This document shows, piece after piece, positions 14,230 to 27,331 of a DNA stretch of 64,000 nucleotides. The stretch covers positions 16,926,001 to 16,990,000 of the forward strand of contig OX597824.1 in NCBI GenBank assembly GCA_951406725.2, read 5' to 3'. The notes beneath the pieces were generated by a model. It ran no database searches. It was not told the DNA's origin and was given only the letters and a program-made list of their open reading frames with translations. This DNA is from Octopus vulgaris (Eukaryota). Position numbers and translations under genes: made by a program. Each line of letters starts with the position of its first letter. The first letter of the stretch is position 1.

Positions 14230-14626
14230 AGGAATGCCACCGGCCATTACATTACATCCACAACAAATTTCTGTCATTGCTATGGTGTGATGACTTGTGA
14301 GTTTCATTTATCCTCGGCGCTATGGCAGTGGAACATAAGCTCCTGATTGGGTGTCGCCTGACGGTACAATTCAAAGGACAGAAGCCGGGCAAATGTAAAT
14401 CACTACTTCCTAGAAGTAACAACGGTTTTGCGTAGATCCAACACCTCTGACTACAAACAGCATAGATGACAATTCAACGCCAACAAATTCCAAGAGAAGA
14501 GAGTAGCAGAAGCAGCAAAGATAAACCAGAGTTGATAACAGTGACGATAAACCATTTATGCCTCATAAGGCGTGAAGTACTTAGAGAGAAAATATATTTC
14601 ATGAAAACAGTATATTAAGTATTGTG

Positions 14627-14946
14627 AGGGCGCGTGGCTTAGTGGTTAGGGCATTCGGCTCATGATCGTAAGGTTGTGAGTTCGATTCCCGGCGACGCGT
14701 TGTGTCCTTGAGCAAGACACTTTATTTCACGTTGCTCCAGTCCACTCAGCTGGCAAAAATGAGTTGTACTTGTATTTCAAAGGGTCAGCCTTGTCACTCT
14801 CTGTGTCACGCTGATTATCCCCGAGAACTACGTTAAGGGTACACGTGTCTGTGAAATGCTCAGCCATTTGCACGTTAATTTCACGAGCAAGCTGTTCCGT
14901 TGATCGTATCAGCTGGGACCCTCGTCGTCGTAACCGGCGGAGTCTT
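14627..14946 (+). mobile_element. SINE with alternative tRNA head and core plus family A tail type 1, with 12-bp TSD
   Basis: Head gggcgcgtggcttagtggttaggg...gagttcgattccc; core gtgtccttgagcaagacac; then the same tail as 7392. TSD atattaagtatt at 14612-14623 and 14950-14961. Confidence 0.9.
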
Positions 14947-15654
14947 TAGATATTAAGTATTCCACTCAGAATTAAAGGATAAATATATAAACCTGTAAAG
15001 AACGTTTCCGAAACAGTAGATATTTTTTCTCAGGGCCAAGCAAAAGATTTGTGCGCGAATGACAGTAGATTCTCCTTAGTAGAATCTCAGATATACAATC
15101 AAAGAAATTTAGCAAATAAATTTTCATCAGAAAGTCATACAAAATTAATGTCATATACATATGTAAGACAGCAATCAATTAACGATGGAAGTAGACAGAA
15201 GATTTCTATTAATTCAAAAACAGAGAAATAATTACATTGCTGAAACTACGATTGAATATATTTTGAAATGGGCAGAAATATTGGAATTTTGACGAGTCTT
15301 CATGAAATGTGAAGAAAAAAAGTGAAGTCTGGTTATACAGGTGCTTTCAATGGAAAATCAACAGAAAACAAAAGAACAGTTTAATAGTAATAGCTATATA
15401 CATATGTGTCTTGTGTGGAGGTTTGTTTGCGCGTTAGTGTAGATGTGTGAATGGGTGTCAGTGTATGTATGTGCCTGTGAGTAGTGTCTGCCTGCGTAGG
15501 TACAGTAATATATATCATACGTTTAGAAGCACGTGAGTGTGAGAAAAAGAAGAGGGAGGAGAGTAAGAGAGCAACAGAAAGACAGAGGGAGCGAGTGAGG
15601 TGGAAAAAGGCAGGAAGGAAGAGGGAGAGACGGAGAGAATGAGAAAGTGAGAGT

Positions 15655-15699
<45 letters not shown>

Positions 15700-15821
15700 G
15701 GAGAAAGAGACAGAAGGGAAATGCTTTTGAGCTGCTTGGAGTGAAGGTTTGAAAATAGATTGTTGAGAGATGGAAAGAAGATTTGTGAGATACATAAATC
15801 ATGATGTCTCTCTCTCTTTCT

Positions 15822-15866
<45 letters not shown>

Positions 15867-15875
15867 ACATTTATG

Positions 15876-15931
<56 letters not shown>

Positions 15932-16685
15932 GATTTATACATGTATATGTATACGTATATATACATATGTATGCAAACATTCATGTGATTTAGAGTGTGT
16001 TTGTGTGTATGTGTATGTTTGCGTATATACGTGCATAGTTTTGTCTATATACATATGTGTGAGTGTGTGCAAGTGTAGCTGTCGTTAGTGCTGGCTTACG
16101 TATGCGCGTCTACGTGTTTAAGCCGAAACCAGAAGTGAAAGCTATTGATAAAGATCGAAAAAGATGTCAGTGACAATGACCTGACTTGGAAAGAATTCCG
16201 TTGAATAAATGTAGAAAAATAATAATAATAATAATAATAAGCAAAAGAAGAAAAAAAGTAAAATAAGAATTAAATAACAAAAAGAAACAAATAAACAAAG
16301 GAAAGATAAATAAATAAATAAACAAATAAAACAAATTTAAAAATGATAAAATCATTTTTCAATCGGAATCAATTGAATATATGTGCAACCACTTCACTTT
16401 GATATGCAACTGTTAAATGCTTCTTGTTCAATGAGGAATGGTAAAGTGAGGCAGGCATTATTTAGGCTGATTTATTTCATTGTGTTCAAAGACTTCAATT
16501 TCTCTCACTGAGATTCTTTATTTCTTTGTAAAGAATCAGTGAGAGGAAAGATACGATTCCGGTTTAAAATTTGAAAAGCAAAGATCAAAGACGGACACAA
16601 ATTTAAAACATTCGTAAAGTTTGATCCAAATGTCTTAGCAAGTCATTTATAACAATGTTTGAGAAAGAAAAAAAAAATAGACATT

Positions 16686-16687
<2 letters not shown>

Positions 16688-16784
<97 letters not shown>

Positions 16785-16790
16785 GTATTA

Positions 16791-16858
<68 letters not shown>
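16688..16858. repeat. (ATT)n microsatellite
   Basis: Seen directly. Confidence 0.95.
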
Positions 16859-17934
16859 GCTGTTATTAATATTAGGTTGTTGTTAATGTTGCTTGTCTTC
16901 TGCTTTTCTTTCTTTCTTTCTTTTTTTTTTTTTTTTTTGAAATCTCATAATTTATTAAAACTATTTAAATATATATTCCATATTGGAAATTATTATAATA
17001 ATGGCAGAAGAGAAAACTCAACATATGCTGCTATACGTTTAAATAGAATTTTGCTTTTCTGGAGACAAGAATTGGAGAAGAATTTCAAGAAATGATTTTT
17101 AGTAGCTTTTGTGGCCGCTGTTGCTGCTATTGTTGCAGATGTTCTTGTGGTTTAGCCCTGGGTCAGATCTGACTGAGTAGAGTTATAATAAAAAAACAAA
17201 CATTCAAATTTAATGCATTTAGAAGTACGTTGTTTAATGTGGTTTTCCACCATATTTTTAAGATAGCAAAACGTGATTTGCGTGAGAATTTAGCGCCATT
17301 TCTTGGAAATTTAACAATCACGCAGAAACAAATATTATAGCCCCGACGTTTATGGTGTAGGGTCACTCGGTTTCGGGCTTTGAAACCAATGCTGTTGAGC
17401 GTGGTTTTCAACAATACTGGTTATATAAATTGCTTATTAGTAATCTATTCAATGACGCGAACCATAAAAATAAGCTCGTCTACATGCATGCTAAGGTAGC
17501 AATAACAGTAAAATTTCACTTAAATCAGGATTTAACATTGAAAATGGGAGAAGACATATGCATTCGGTATGTAGACTTGGAAGCTAATGGCTTTATGAAA
17601 AACAGCAGATCATGGCTAAATTGATTTTGACCATTAATCTGCACAGTTAGGAGTGACTGGGAGCTAAACTAGAACAGACAGAGCTTACAAGAAATGACAG
17701 CCAATAAAGGAAAACATTCGTTGTAATATTAGATATACAAAAAACAGGCGACTGACGCTGTACAATGTCTTTCATCAAAGGGGAAAAATTGAAACCAGAT
17801 GAAGTCGACGTCAACACATTGGGAACAACGAAATCGATTATGTATCACACAAAAAAAGCCTTTTCGCTGCTGCATTATAGTTGAAATAATTATTTATGGA
17901 AATTCCTTATATATATATATATATATGTATAAAT

Positions 17935-18022
17935 ACCAGAGTAAGCACATAAAAATGTGAGACAAGGTGGAAAACTATAGTGATCGAATACCGGCGGTAG
18001 AAAAATATGCCTTATTAATTAT
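17935..18022 (-). mobile_element. 3' part of short repeat family P1 (Penelope-terminus-like)
   Basis: Reverse complement resembles 31535-31615 (gcatatt...ttccaccttgt.tcacattt.atgtg.ttactc); abuts (TA)n. Confidence 0.65.
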
Positions 18023-18182
18023 TCCCGTTCTTCGGTCTGGGAATAGAAACCGCAATCCTACAACTGCTAGTCCACTACTCTAACCACTGGGCCATTGCAC
18101 CTCCACACACACACACACGCCCCACCCACACATATATATATATATATACATACATTTATATACATATATATACACATACATT

Positions 18183-18227
<45 letters not shown>

Positions 18228-18461
18228 GTATACATTTATATTTATATTTAGAGAGAGAGAGAGAGAGAGAGAGAGAATTTCTCCAGGTTTTGCAATTTGT
18301 GTTATCTCTGGGAAGCCTTGATTTCACAGATCTTGAAGTTTCTCACATATTTTGCCTTCTTAAAGTAGATCTCACATTTGATTGAAATTTACCAAGCTAT
18401 AATATGCTTCTGAGTATTACTGTACATGTTTACGTACACAGATATTCCACCTTAACAACAC

Positions 18462-18535
18462 TGACCGACGAACGGGAATGTGAAACTCTGAGTAACAGTT
18501 TTTTTTTTTTATGTCTTTGCAGCTTTTTAATAAAA
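18462..18535 (+). mobile_element. Family P1 fragment with hammerhead-like motif
   Basis: ccgacgaacgggaatgtgaaactctgagtaacag matches 31475-31508. Confidence 0.7.
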
Positions 18536-18581
18536 TATAGATAGATATATAGATAGATAGATGGATGGATGGATAGAGGGT

Positions 18582-18665
<84 letters not shown>

Positions 18666-18703
18666 CAGATAGATAGGTAGGTAGGTAGATAGATAGATAG
18701 ATA

Positions 18704-19011
18704 AGTTTCTTTATTGGCCACACAGGGCTGCACACAGATGGGACAAGTTACAAGGTAGAGCTTTTCTTTTGGGGGATGAAAAAAACAAAAAGCAAAAGAC
18801 AAAAAAAAGGGGTGGCGTAGGTTTTCGATCAAGAGGGATCGTAAAAGGGAAGAAAAGACAAAAAAAAATAAATAAATAAAATAAAATAAAATAAAAAATA
18901 AAAAATAAAAATAAAAAAAGAAGAAAAGGAAAAGGAACAAAAGAAAAGAGAAATGTAAAAAGAAGAAAAAAGGAGAAAAAAGGGGAAGAGGAAAAAAAAA
19001 GAAAACGATCA
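18704..19011 (-). mobile_element. Probable LINE 3' UTR fragment embedded in (GATA)n
   Basis: Minus strand ends cttgtcccatctgtgtgcagccctgtgtggccaataaagaaac then (CTAT)n; T-rich body; (GATA)n on both sides; no ORF retained. Confidence 0.55.
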
Positions 19012-19399
19012 ATAGATAGATAGATAGATAGATAAAGTATATGTACTGGAGGCTGAAAACTCCCCAAATAATTATTCCTACCTTTTAAATTTTCATATTC
19101 AGACGCTGGTGATCATTGGAACCATTCAGACATTTGATAATACATTATATAAAAATTATGTACAAATCGTATCAGTAGTAACTGCTGTTTGATAATACAC
19201 TGGGAGGAAAGTGATGGCTTGGGATGAAATATATACATATGGAAAGAAAATGGAAAACAATTTAGGAAATGCGTAAACATACAATTTTCTAATAAAATTT
19301 TGCGTAAACGAAGATGGAAAAATCAATTACAAAAATATATGAAGCTCGAGTTTAAAGAGAAAATTATCCAGGAAAGCTGGAGAATCAGATAAAAAAAAA

Positions 19400-19800
19400 G
19401 GCTGTGTGGTAAATAGCTTGCTTACCAACCACATGGTTTCGGGTTCAGTCCCACTGCGTGGCATCTTGGGCAAGTGTCTTCTGCTATAGCCCCGGGCCGA
19501 CCAATGCCTTGTGAGTGGATTTGGCAGACGGAAACTGAAAGAAGCCTGTCGTATATATGTATATGTATGTGTGTGTGTGTGTGTGTTTCTGTCTCTGTGT
19601 TTGTCCCCCTAGCATTGCTTGACAACCGATGCCGGTGTGTTTACGTCCCCATCACTTAGCGGTTCGGCAAAAAGAGACCGATAGAATAAGTACTGGGCTT
19701 ACAAAGAATAAGTCCCGGGGTCGATTTGTTCGATTAAAGGCGGTGCTCCAGCATGGCCACAGTCAAATGACTGAAACAAGTAAAAGAAAAGAAAGAATAA
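19400..19800 (+). mobile_element. SINE family B
   Basis: Head, internal (TG)n, 3' module and aaag tail. Confidence 0.92.
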
Positions 19801-21164
19801 AAGTGAGTTAAATTGCTTTCAATGCTCTTATGGTATTATCCATTTGGTGTTTAAAATTAGATAATTATATACTTGGTACCGTGTTTGTAAGTTAACAGAA
19901 GCTCAGTTTTTTATATTTGTTTCTTCAAATTTAGAAGAAAGTATGTAAATAGTCAGTGAGTCATGCTAGGCGACTTTGTCTTCAATTAAATCTTCAATAC
20001 CAGTATTGAGTAAAGTACTTAGCAATAACCAAGCGATTGCCAAAGTAGTAGGCTTGCCTCTCAAAGGAATTCTATCTAATTCGATAGAATAATCCAGCGT
20101 TTGTGGAAATATTTAATAAAAAAATAATATCTGAGGAGGTAAAATCAATTCTTAGATGTAAAATTATATCAAAAAGGTTATGAAGTAAGAAACGGGATGC
20201 GAATCAAGAACAGGGAGGAAGACCTGTTCGATTTTAACTGTCATTTAAAATTGTAAGAGAAAATATGTTTTATTGTAGAGATTTTTTCCAGAAATTTAGG
20301 AAAGAAGAGGCCTAAATGATATGACTAAGAGAGAGAGAGAGTGAGTGGTGAGAGAAAGTTAAATGTTATTTGTAAGCGTTCACAGTATTATATAATTGTG
20401 AAGCTGATATTTGCGATCGTGGTTGCAAGCTGACACAACTCAGTTCTTAGGATTCCAGCATAGCAATATGGAGAAGAATAAATCGTGTTTTACTTAATGC
20501 AGCAAGGAAATGCTTTCCAATGAAATTGTGTATACCGGTACAATGATGGAGGAATCCAACAGTAAAGTATTTCCGAATTATAAAGATAGAACCAAATCAG
20601 AATTTCGTGTGTGCATACACACGCACGTATGCGTGTTGTGTGTGTATATGTGTGAGTATGCATGGCGAGAGAATAAGAGGAACAGAGAAGTAAATGCAGA
20701 AATATTTGTTTTTCAAATCAGAATGGAAGATAGTTCGGTAAAAAAAGAGAAATGAATAAAAAGAAATATTTTAAATATATTTCCCGTTCATTTTCGAATT
20801 TCTCGTATTTGTCTTCAGTGTTATAGAGTGTTTGGTACACGATTACAACCTGATACTCAGATACCTACAGCAAAAAATGTGTATCTGTTCATTCAATTTA
20901 TCTTGGTTTTTGTTAGAGCCAAGGTTTCTTGTGTATATGTCTTAAAAAGAATTGTGACTCAAATTTTGTTTTCCAGTAAGTCACATTTTAATTCGTTCAA
21001 ATTAGATCGTAATCAAACATTAGGTGTGCACAGATTTAATGATGACAACAAATCCTTTGTAAACTCGACTGTGATTGGTTGATATAATATCCTATTGTAT
21101 ACAAGAGAATCATACGTAACGTATTTCGTATTTGGTAGAAGGTTTTTAATATTAGTAGAAGTAG

Positions 21165-21571
21165 AAGGCGGCGAAATGGCAGGAACGGTAACACGTCTGC
21201 CGTTACGTTCTGAGTTCAAATTCCACCGAGGTCGACTTTGCCTTTTATCCTTTAGGGGTCGATAAAATAAGTACCAGTTGCATACTGGAGTCAAGCTAAT
21301 CGACTGTCCCCTCCCCCAAAATTTCAGGCCTTGTGCCTTGAGTAGAAAATGATATTAGTAGTAGTAGAAGGCAGCGAACTGGCAGGAACGTTAGCACATT
21401 CGCCGTTACGTTCTGAGTTCAAATTCCGCCAAGGTCGACTTTGCCTTTCATCCTTTCGGGGTCGATTAAATAAGTACCAGTTACGCACTGGGGTCGATGT
21501 AATAGACAATCCCTTTGTCTGTTCTTATTTGATCCCTCTGTGTTTAGCTCCTTGTGGACAATAAAGAAATA
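21165..21571 (+). mobile_element. Two adjacent SINE family C copies with tails T2 and T1
   Basis: Copies at 21165-21350 and 21369-21571, separated and flanked by three copies of an atattagtagtagta-like sequence. Confidence 0.88.
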
Positions 21572-21790
21572 AATATTAGCAGTAGTAATACGAAAAGAAT
21601 GATGATAATGTTTATAGTAATAGTAATAATAATAGTAATGGTTGTAGTTTTAATAATAATAATGATGATGATGATGGTAATGATGATGATGATGATAATA
21701 GTGCACAAGATGCACCACATATGCTACATAGTTGATGCCTCCTTGACCCACATATAATCAAAGAAAGAAGACGAAAAAATTCGATAGATA

Positions 21791-22212
21791 GGCGCAGGAG
21801 TGGCTGTGTGGTAAGTAGCTTGCTAACCAACCACATGGTTCCGGGTTCAGTCCCACTGCGTGGCATCTTAGGCAAGTGTCTTCTGCTGTAGCCTCGGGCC
21901 GACCAAAGCCTTGTGAGTGAATTTGGTAGATGGAAACTGAAAAAAGCCTGTCGTATATATGTATATATATATATATGTATATGTATTTGTGTGTATATGT
22001 TTGTGTGTCTGTGTTTATCCCTCTTGCATTGCTTGACAACCGATGCTGGTGTGTTAACGTCCCCGTCACTTAGCGGTTCGGCAAAAGAGACCGATAGAAT
22101 AAGTACTTGGCTTACAAAGAATATGTCCCGGGGTCGATTTGCTCCACTAAAGGCGGTGCTCCAGCATGGCCGCAGTCAAATGACTGAAACAAGTAAAAGA
22201 GTAAAGAATAAG
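21791..22212 (+). mobile_element. SINE family B, full length
   Basis: ggcgcaggagtggctgtgtggtaag...cagcatggccgcagtcaaatgactgaaacaagtaaaagag. Confidence 0.93.
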
Positions 22213-22251
22213 AGTATACAGCCCACTTAAGTACAAAATAACCCGTCAACG

Positions 22252-22500
22252 GAAAATGAAGATGGTGAAGATAGTGCCAGTTATTGTTGGGACTTTGGGA
22301 ACAATATGAGAAGGCATCAAGGGGAATATAGAAGAAATTGGAAAAGAAAGTCCCATATAACTGTTACAAAAGGTGTGCCTCCTTGGCACGGTCAGAATAA
22401 TCGGGAAAGTATTAGATGGCTGAAGAAATGGTAGGCGAAGAAATGGTACCGTAGGCTGCAGGTAGTAATCCCGCTACGCATATGATTCCAAGAGAAATTA
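22252..22500 (+). mobile_element. 5'-truncated R4/Dong-type (RLE) LINE, copy 1, decayed
   Basis: KMVKIVPVIVGTLGTI*EGIKGNIEEIGKESPI*LLQKVCLLGTVRIIGKVLDG* matches the R4/Dong C-terminal pattern VPVVIGALG...LQK..LLGTARI.RKVL; followed by (TAA/TGA)n. Confidence 0.8.
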
Positions 22501-22553
22501 TAATGATGATGATAACGATTCTGAAGATGATGATGATGATGATGGTGATGATG

Positions 22554-22658
<105 letters not shown>

Positions 22659-22688
22659 ATGATGATGATGATGATGATGATGAAGATT

Positions 22689-22720
<32 letters not shown>

Positions 22721-22779
22721 AATAATAATTATAATAATAATAATAATAATAAACAAAACCAAAACCAAAACAAAACAAA

Positions 22780-23140
22780 GCAAAACAAAAACAATACCTG
22801 TAGTCATAGGTGCCCTAGGAATGATAGCAAAAGGGGCTGATTGCTACCTAACTCAGATACCAGGAAACCCAAATATGGCAGAAATTCAAAAGATAGTGCC
22901 CATGGGAACTGCTCATATCCTACGCAAAATACTTTCTATGTAATCTCAAAGTTTAAAACAAACATAATTTTGGGGTTTTTCTTCTTAGACATTCACTAGT
23001 ACAACACCAAAAACACCCCCCAAATATATGGCACACTAGGCATAACAACAACATGAACTTCCAACCTGTTGTCTCTTGAGGTCTCTGGGTGAGACTTGGA
23101 GCCAACTTGTACAAATATAAAGCAAAAGTCAAACATAGAA
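22780..23140 (+). mobile_element. 5'-truncated R4/Dong-type (RLE) LINE, copy 2, different family
   Basis: KTIPVVIGALGMIAKGADCYLTQIPGNPNMAEIQKIVPMGTAHILRKILSM* (stop 22941-22943), then about 200 bp of 3' UTR and a (TAA)n tail to about 23380. Confidence 0.85.
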
Positions 23141-23202
23141 TGATAATAATAATAATAATAATAACAATAATAATAATAATAATAATGATGATGATAATAA
23201 TA

Positions 23203-23254
<52 letters not shown>

Positions 23255-23289
23255 TGATGATGATAATAATAATAACAATAATAAAAATA

Positions 23290-23381
<92 letters not shown>

Positions 23382-24244
23382 TTTGAGTATTTCAATTGTT
23401 TTAGGATGCTTTACTTTTTCAAGAAAAAAAAAAAAACAGCTTTTCTTTTTCTGTTACAGTAAACTGCGTGTTATGGTGTAATTTATATTCGATTTAATCG
23501 CGAAATCCTTCTGTTCCTTATTTGATAATCCAAGAATGATGACTATCGCGTAATTCTTTTAGATAATTATGAATGAAACTATTAATAATTCACTTAGTTT
23601 CTGTAAGTTCGTCATTTAAATTTAATTCACTTGTGTTTGCACAAGGTTGAACCGCACGAGTATATATGTCAACATTGAGCAAGTGCTGACACGCACAAAT
23701 ATGGAAGATTGTATATATGTATGTGTGTATGCATGTGTGTATGTATGTATGTATGTATGTATGTGTGTATGTATATATGTATGTATTTATGATTGTATGT
23801 ATATATGTATGTATTTATGATTGTATGTATATATGTATGTATTTATGATTATATGTATGTATGTATATATGCGTGTTTGTATTAATGTATATACGTATGC
23901 ATATATGTATGTATGCATGTATATATGTATGTTGATTCAAACTTTTTATCAATATATATATATATAATATACACACATATGTATATACATATAAATGTAC
24001 TGATTATGTATTCATCCATATATATATATATATATATATATAACTAAAAATAAGGGTGTCTAAGAGACACCACCATGCGGAAATAGCAGTCAAAACCCTG
24101 ACTTTAAAAAACACGTTAAACGTTCATATCGTACCATGAGATAAGACAGAGGGACAAAATAGACTAGCAAAAAATATTATTGAATAATTCAAGATCCAGG
24201 ATTTCTGGTTTTGCTTTAAATAAGCTTTACCGTCATCGGTTGAA

Positions 24245-24467
24245 TATATCCTTTGAAATTCTGGTACAACAGAAGCGAGAAGAAAGAGTGAGAGAAAGTT
24301 GTGGCAAAAAAGTATAGCAGGGTTCGCCAACCACACCTGCCGGAGCTTCATAGAGCTTTAGGTGTTTTCACTCAATAAACGCTCACACCGACCGGTCTCG
24401 GAATCGAAAACACCATCCAACGACAGCGAGTCCGCTGCCCTAACTATTGGGCCATTACGCCTCCACA
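24245..24467 (-). mobile_element. SINE family A head and core, truncated
   Basis: Reverse complement of the A head and core. Confidence 0.85.
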
Positions 24468-24525
24468 TATATAAATATACATATAAATACATTTACATAC
24501 ATACATACGTACATGCATACATACA

Positions 24526-24584
<59 letters not shown>

Positions 24585-24587
<3 letters not shown>

Positions 24588-24815
24588 TTTAAAATGAAAC
24601 TGGATCTCTTCTTGTCAGGTATCCCAGATGAACCAACTTCACGGCAGGAGATGAAGATGAGGGCAGCTGCATCGAACTCTCTCATGCACCAAATGGCAAT
24701 TGCTAAAAAGCATTCGTGAAGTAAAATCATGTAGCAACACCAAATGGTGGTGCCCCAGCATGGCCACAGCTTGTGAGCTGAAACTAGATAAATAAACAAA
24801 ATAAAAATAAATAAA
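24585..24815 (+). mobile_element. 5'-truncated CR1/L2-group LINE 3' end
   Basis: FKMKLDLFLSGIPDEPTSRQEMKMRAAASNSLMHQM...* (FK..LD.FL..IPDEP C-terminal pattern); short UTR ending ggtgccccagcatggccacagcttgtgagctgaaac plus A-rich tail. Confidence 0.8.
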
Positions 24816-24817
24816 AA

Positions 24818-24998
<181 letters not shown>

Positions 24999-25033
24999 TG
25001 CATACATTTATACAAATATTCTATAATTATAAT

Positions 25034-25647
25034 CAGGGGTCAGCTAATTGCTTCACCACGTACCGTATTTTGAAATAGCAGTTGAAATACCATTCCGCTA
25101 CCATAAATATCTCTCAGACAGTGATTTCGGAATCTCCTGCAACGCTTCTGGACGGTCCCCTCGTTTAAGTTGGTGAATGCTGCCATAATCCTTGCTATCA
25201 GTTCATCTTTGCTGTTATAAGGAGTTTTATTGGTCTCTCGCTCAACTGCGACCCACACACATAATAATCAAGGCGGTTGCCTCCGTGTTGAGTATGAGGC
25301 CTCCGTTTTGAGTGTGAGGCCGTGTGGGAATATTAATGGTGGTAAAATGTCACCTTTACTAGCGATCACTCCAAGAACCATGATGTTGACAGGATTTTTA
25401 TCACTCAGATTGCGCTGTCCTCAGATTGACAGCCAAGCACTGTGAAATGTTCCGATTGGAGCTTCTGGTCTGAATATACAGCATGTCTTTTCCAATTGTT
25501 TGGCAGAGTAAATTTCGTCATTGTGGTGTTTTTCTCACAGACGGTGCCCAACTGACCCTACGAAACGGCGTGGTTGACAAAATCAAAATCCAAACAATGC
25601 GCAAAATTAAAAATATGAAATGGTGACAATTTACGCATCGTTCCATG

Positions 25648-25648
<1 letters not shown>
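25034..25648 (-). mobile_element. Internally deleted Tc1/mariner-superfamily element
   Basis: Minus-strand peptides NPVNIMVLGVIASKGDILPPLIFPHGL and VWVAVERETNKTPYNSKDELIARIMAAFTNLN..TVQKRCRRFR; degenerate TIR-like ends. Confidence 0.75.
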
Positions 25649-25712
<64 letters not shown>

Positions 25713-25730
25713 GTATATATATATGTGTGT

Positions 25731-25761
<31 letters not shown>

Positions 25762-25762
<1 letters not shown>

Positions 25763-25959
25763 TACAAAATGTGACCTCGTGTATACCGTTGGCGATTTTT
25801 TTCCTCTGTCTTCCCTTCTCTGAATCTTTCCTTCTCCTATGTTTCCGACGAAGAGCTCCGCTAAACCCTCCTTCTTTCCTTCTTTCCTGAGCGTCCAATA
25901 ATACCATATTTGTTCCACGTCCTCGCGTTGTGTTTTTTTGTGTTTTCTTGTTTGGATTA

Positions 25960-25963
<4 letters not shown>
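25762..25963 (+). mobile_element. Short repeat family P2 in (TA)n; hammerhead motif partly deleted
   Basis: About 200 bp, near-identical to 34085-34290, flanked by (TA)n; gtttccgacgaagagctccgctaaac lacks the cgaaacgt segment. Confidence 0.75.
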
Positions 25964-26009
<46 letters not shown>

Positions 26010-26221
26010 TACATACAAATATTTATATGCATGTTTGATTTCTGGTTTTCGTTCTTAGCGTTTAGTCGCTGTTATTTATAATACACGGCCAAACATATAA
26101 TATAAAGCGGGCGAGTCGTTACCAATTTTAAATAACTTTATTAATTTGATAAAGCAGAATCTAATTTGAAGGTCATTACATTGCTACTTCTAGCAAGTCG
26201 AGTCACCAAACATATCGCAGC

Positions 26222-26576
26222 ACTCTGTCGGTTACGACGACTAGGGTCCCAGCTGAGACGATCAATGGAACAGCCTGCTCGTTAAATTAACGTGCAAGTG
26301 GCTGAGTACTCCACAGACACGTGTACCCTTAAGGTAGTTCTCGGTCAGATTTAACACGAAAACAGAGTGTGACAAGGTTGGCCCTTTGAAATACAGGTAC
26401 AACAAAAACAGGAAGAAAAGTGAGAGAAAGTTGTGGCGAAAGAGGACAGCAGGGTTCACCACCACCCACTACTGGAACATCGTGGAGCTTTAAGTGTTTT
26501 GCGCAATAAACACTCACAAACCGCGATCCTAAGACCGCAAATCCGCTGCCCTAATGACTGAGCCATTGCGCCTCCA
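26222..26576 (-). mobile_element. SINE family A, tail type 1
   Basis: Reverse complement of the 7392-type element. Confidence 0.88.
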
Positions 26577-26879
26577 CCACCAAACATACAGAGTCTACCT
26601 CTATGGGCAATTGTTGATATTAGCGTAAAATTCTTCGTTGTGTCAAATTTATATCATAGTGTATATGACCCTGTATTTTTGCGAAACAATAAGTATGTCC
26701 AATGAAGCTAATAGAATTTTAAAGAGGCGCAGGCTTTGCTGTGTGGTCAAGAAATTAGTTTTACAGCCAGATCGTTTCAGGTTCAATCACACTCCGCGGT
26801 GCACTGAGCAGGTGCGTTCTAATAAAGACTCGGGCCAAGCAATGCCTTCTAAACGAAATGGTAGACTCAGACGGAAAAT

Positions 26880-27042
26880 GTGTGAAAGAGTATAGCAGGG
26901 TTCGCCACCACACCTGCCGGAGCTTCGTGGAGCTTTAGGTGTTTTCGCTCAATAAACGCTCACACCAACCGGTTTCGGAATCGAAACCACCTTCCAACGA
27001 CAGCGAGTCCGCTGCCCTAACTATTGGGCTATTACGCCTCCA
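26880..27042 (-). mobile_element. SINE family A head and core (duplicate of the 24310-24467 copy)
   Basis: Shares private substitutions and flanking DNA with the 24.3-kb copy. Confidence 0.85.
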
Positions 27043-27331
27043 CATTTAGAAATATACATATAAATACATTTACATACATACATACATACTTACATACATA
27101 CATACATACATACATACTTACATATATATATATATATATATATATGTCAAAAATAAGGGTGAACAATTGGATATTAATTTAATAATACCATCAATTTAAC
27201 ACCAAGTGGCTTAGCGCATAAAAACCAGGGATACAATAAAAATTTATACACAAATATAAGAGAGTGACCACTATATGGTCGACTCTTGCGCTAAAAATAG
27301 ACCCGTATTGATATGCGCGCGCACAAACACA

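Noticed and set aside
14340-14400. WVSPDGT peptide resembling an RTE endonuclease motif
   Set aside because: Seven residues only, with no supporting flanking similarity.
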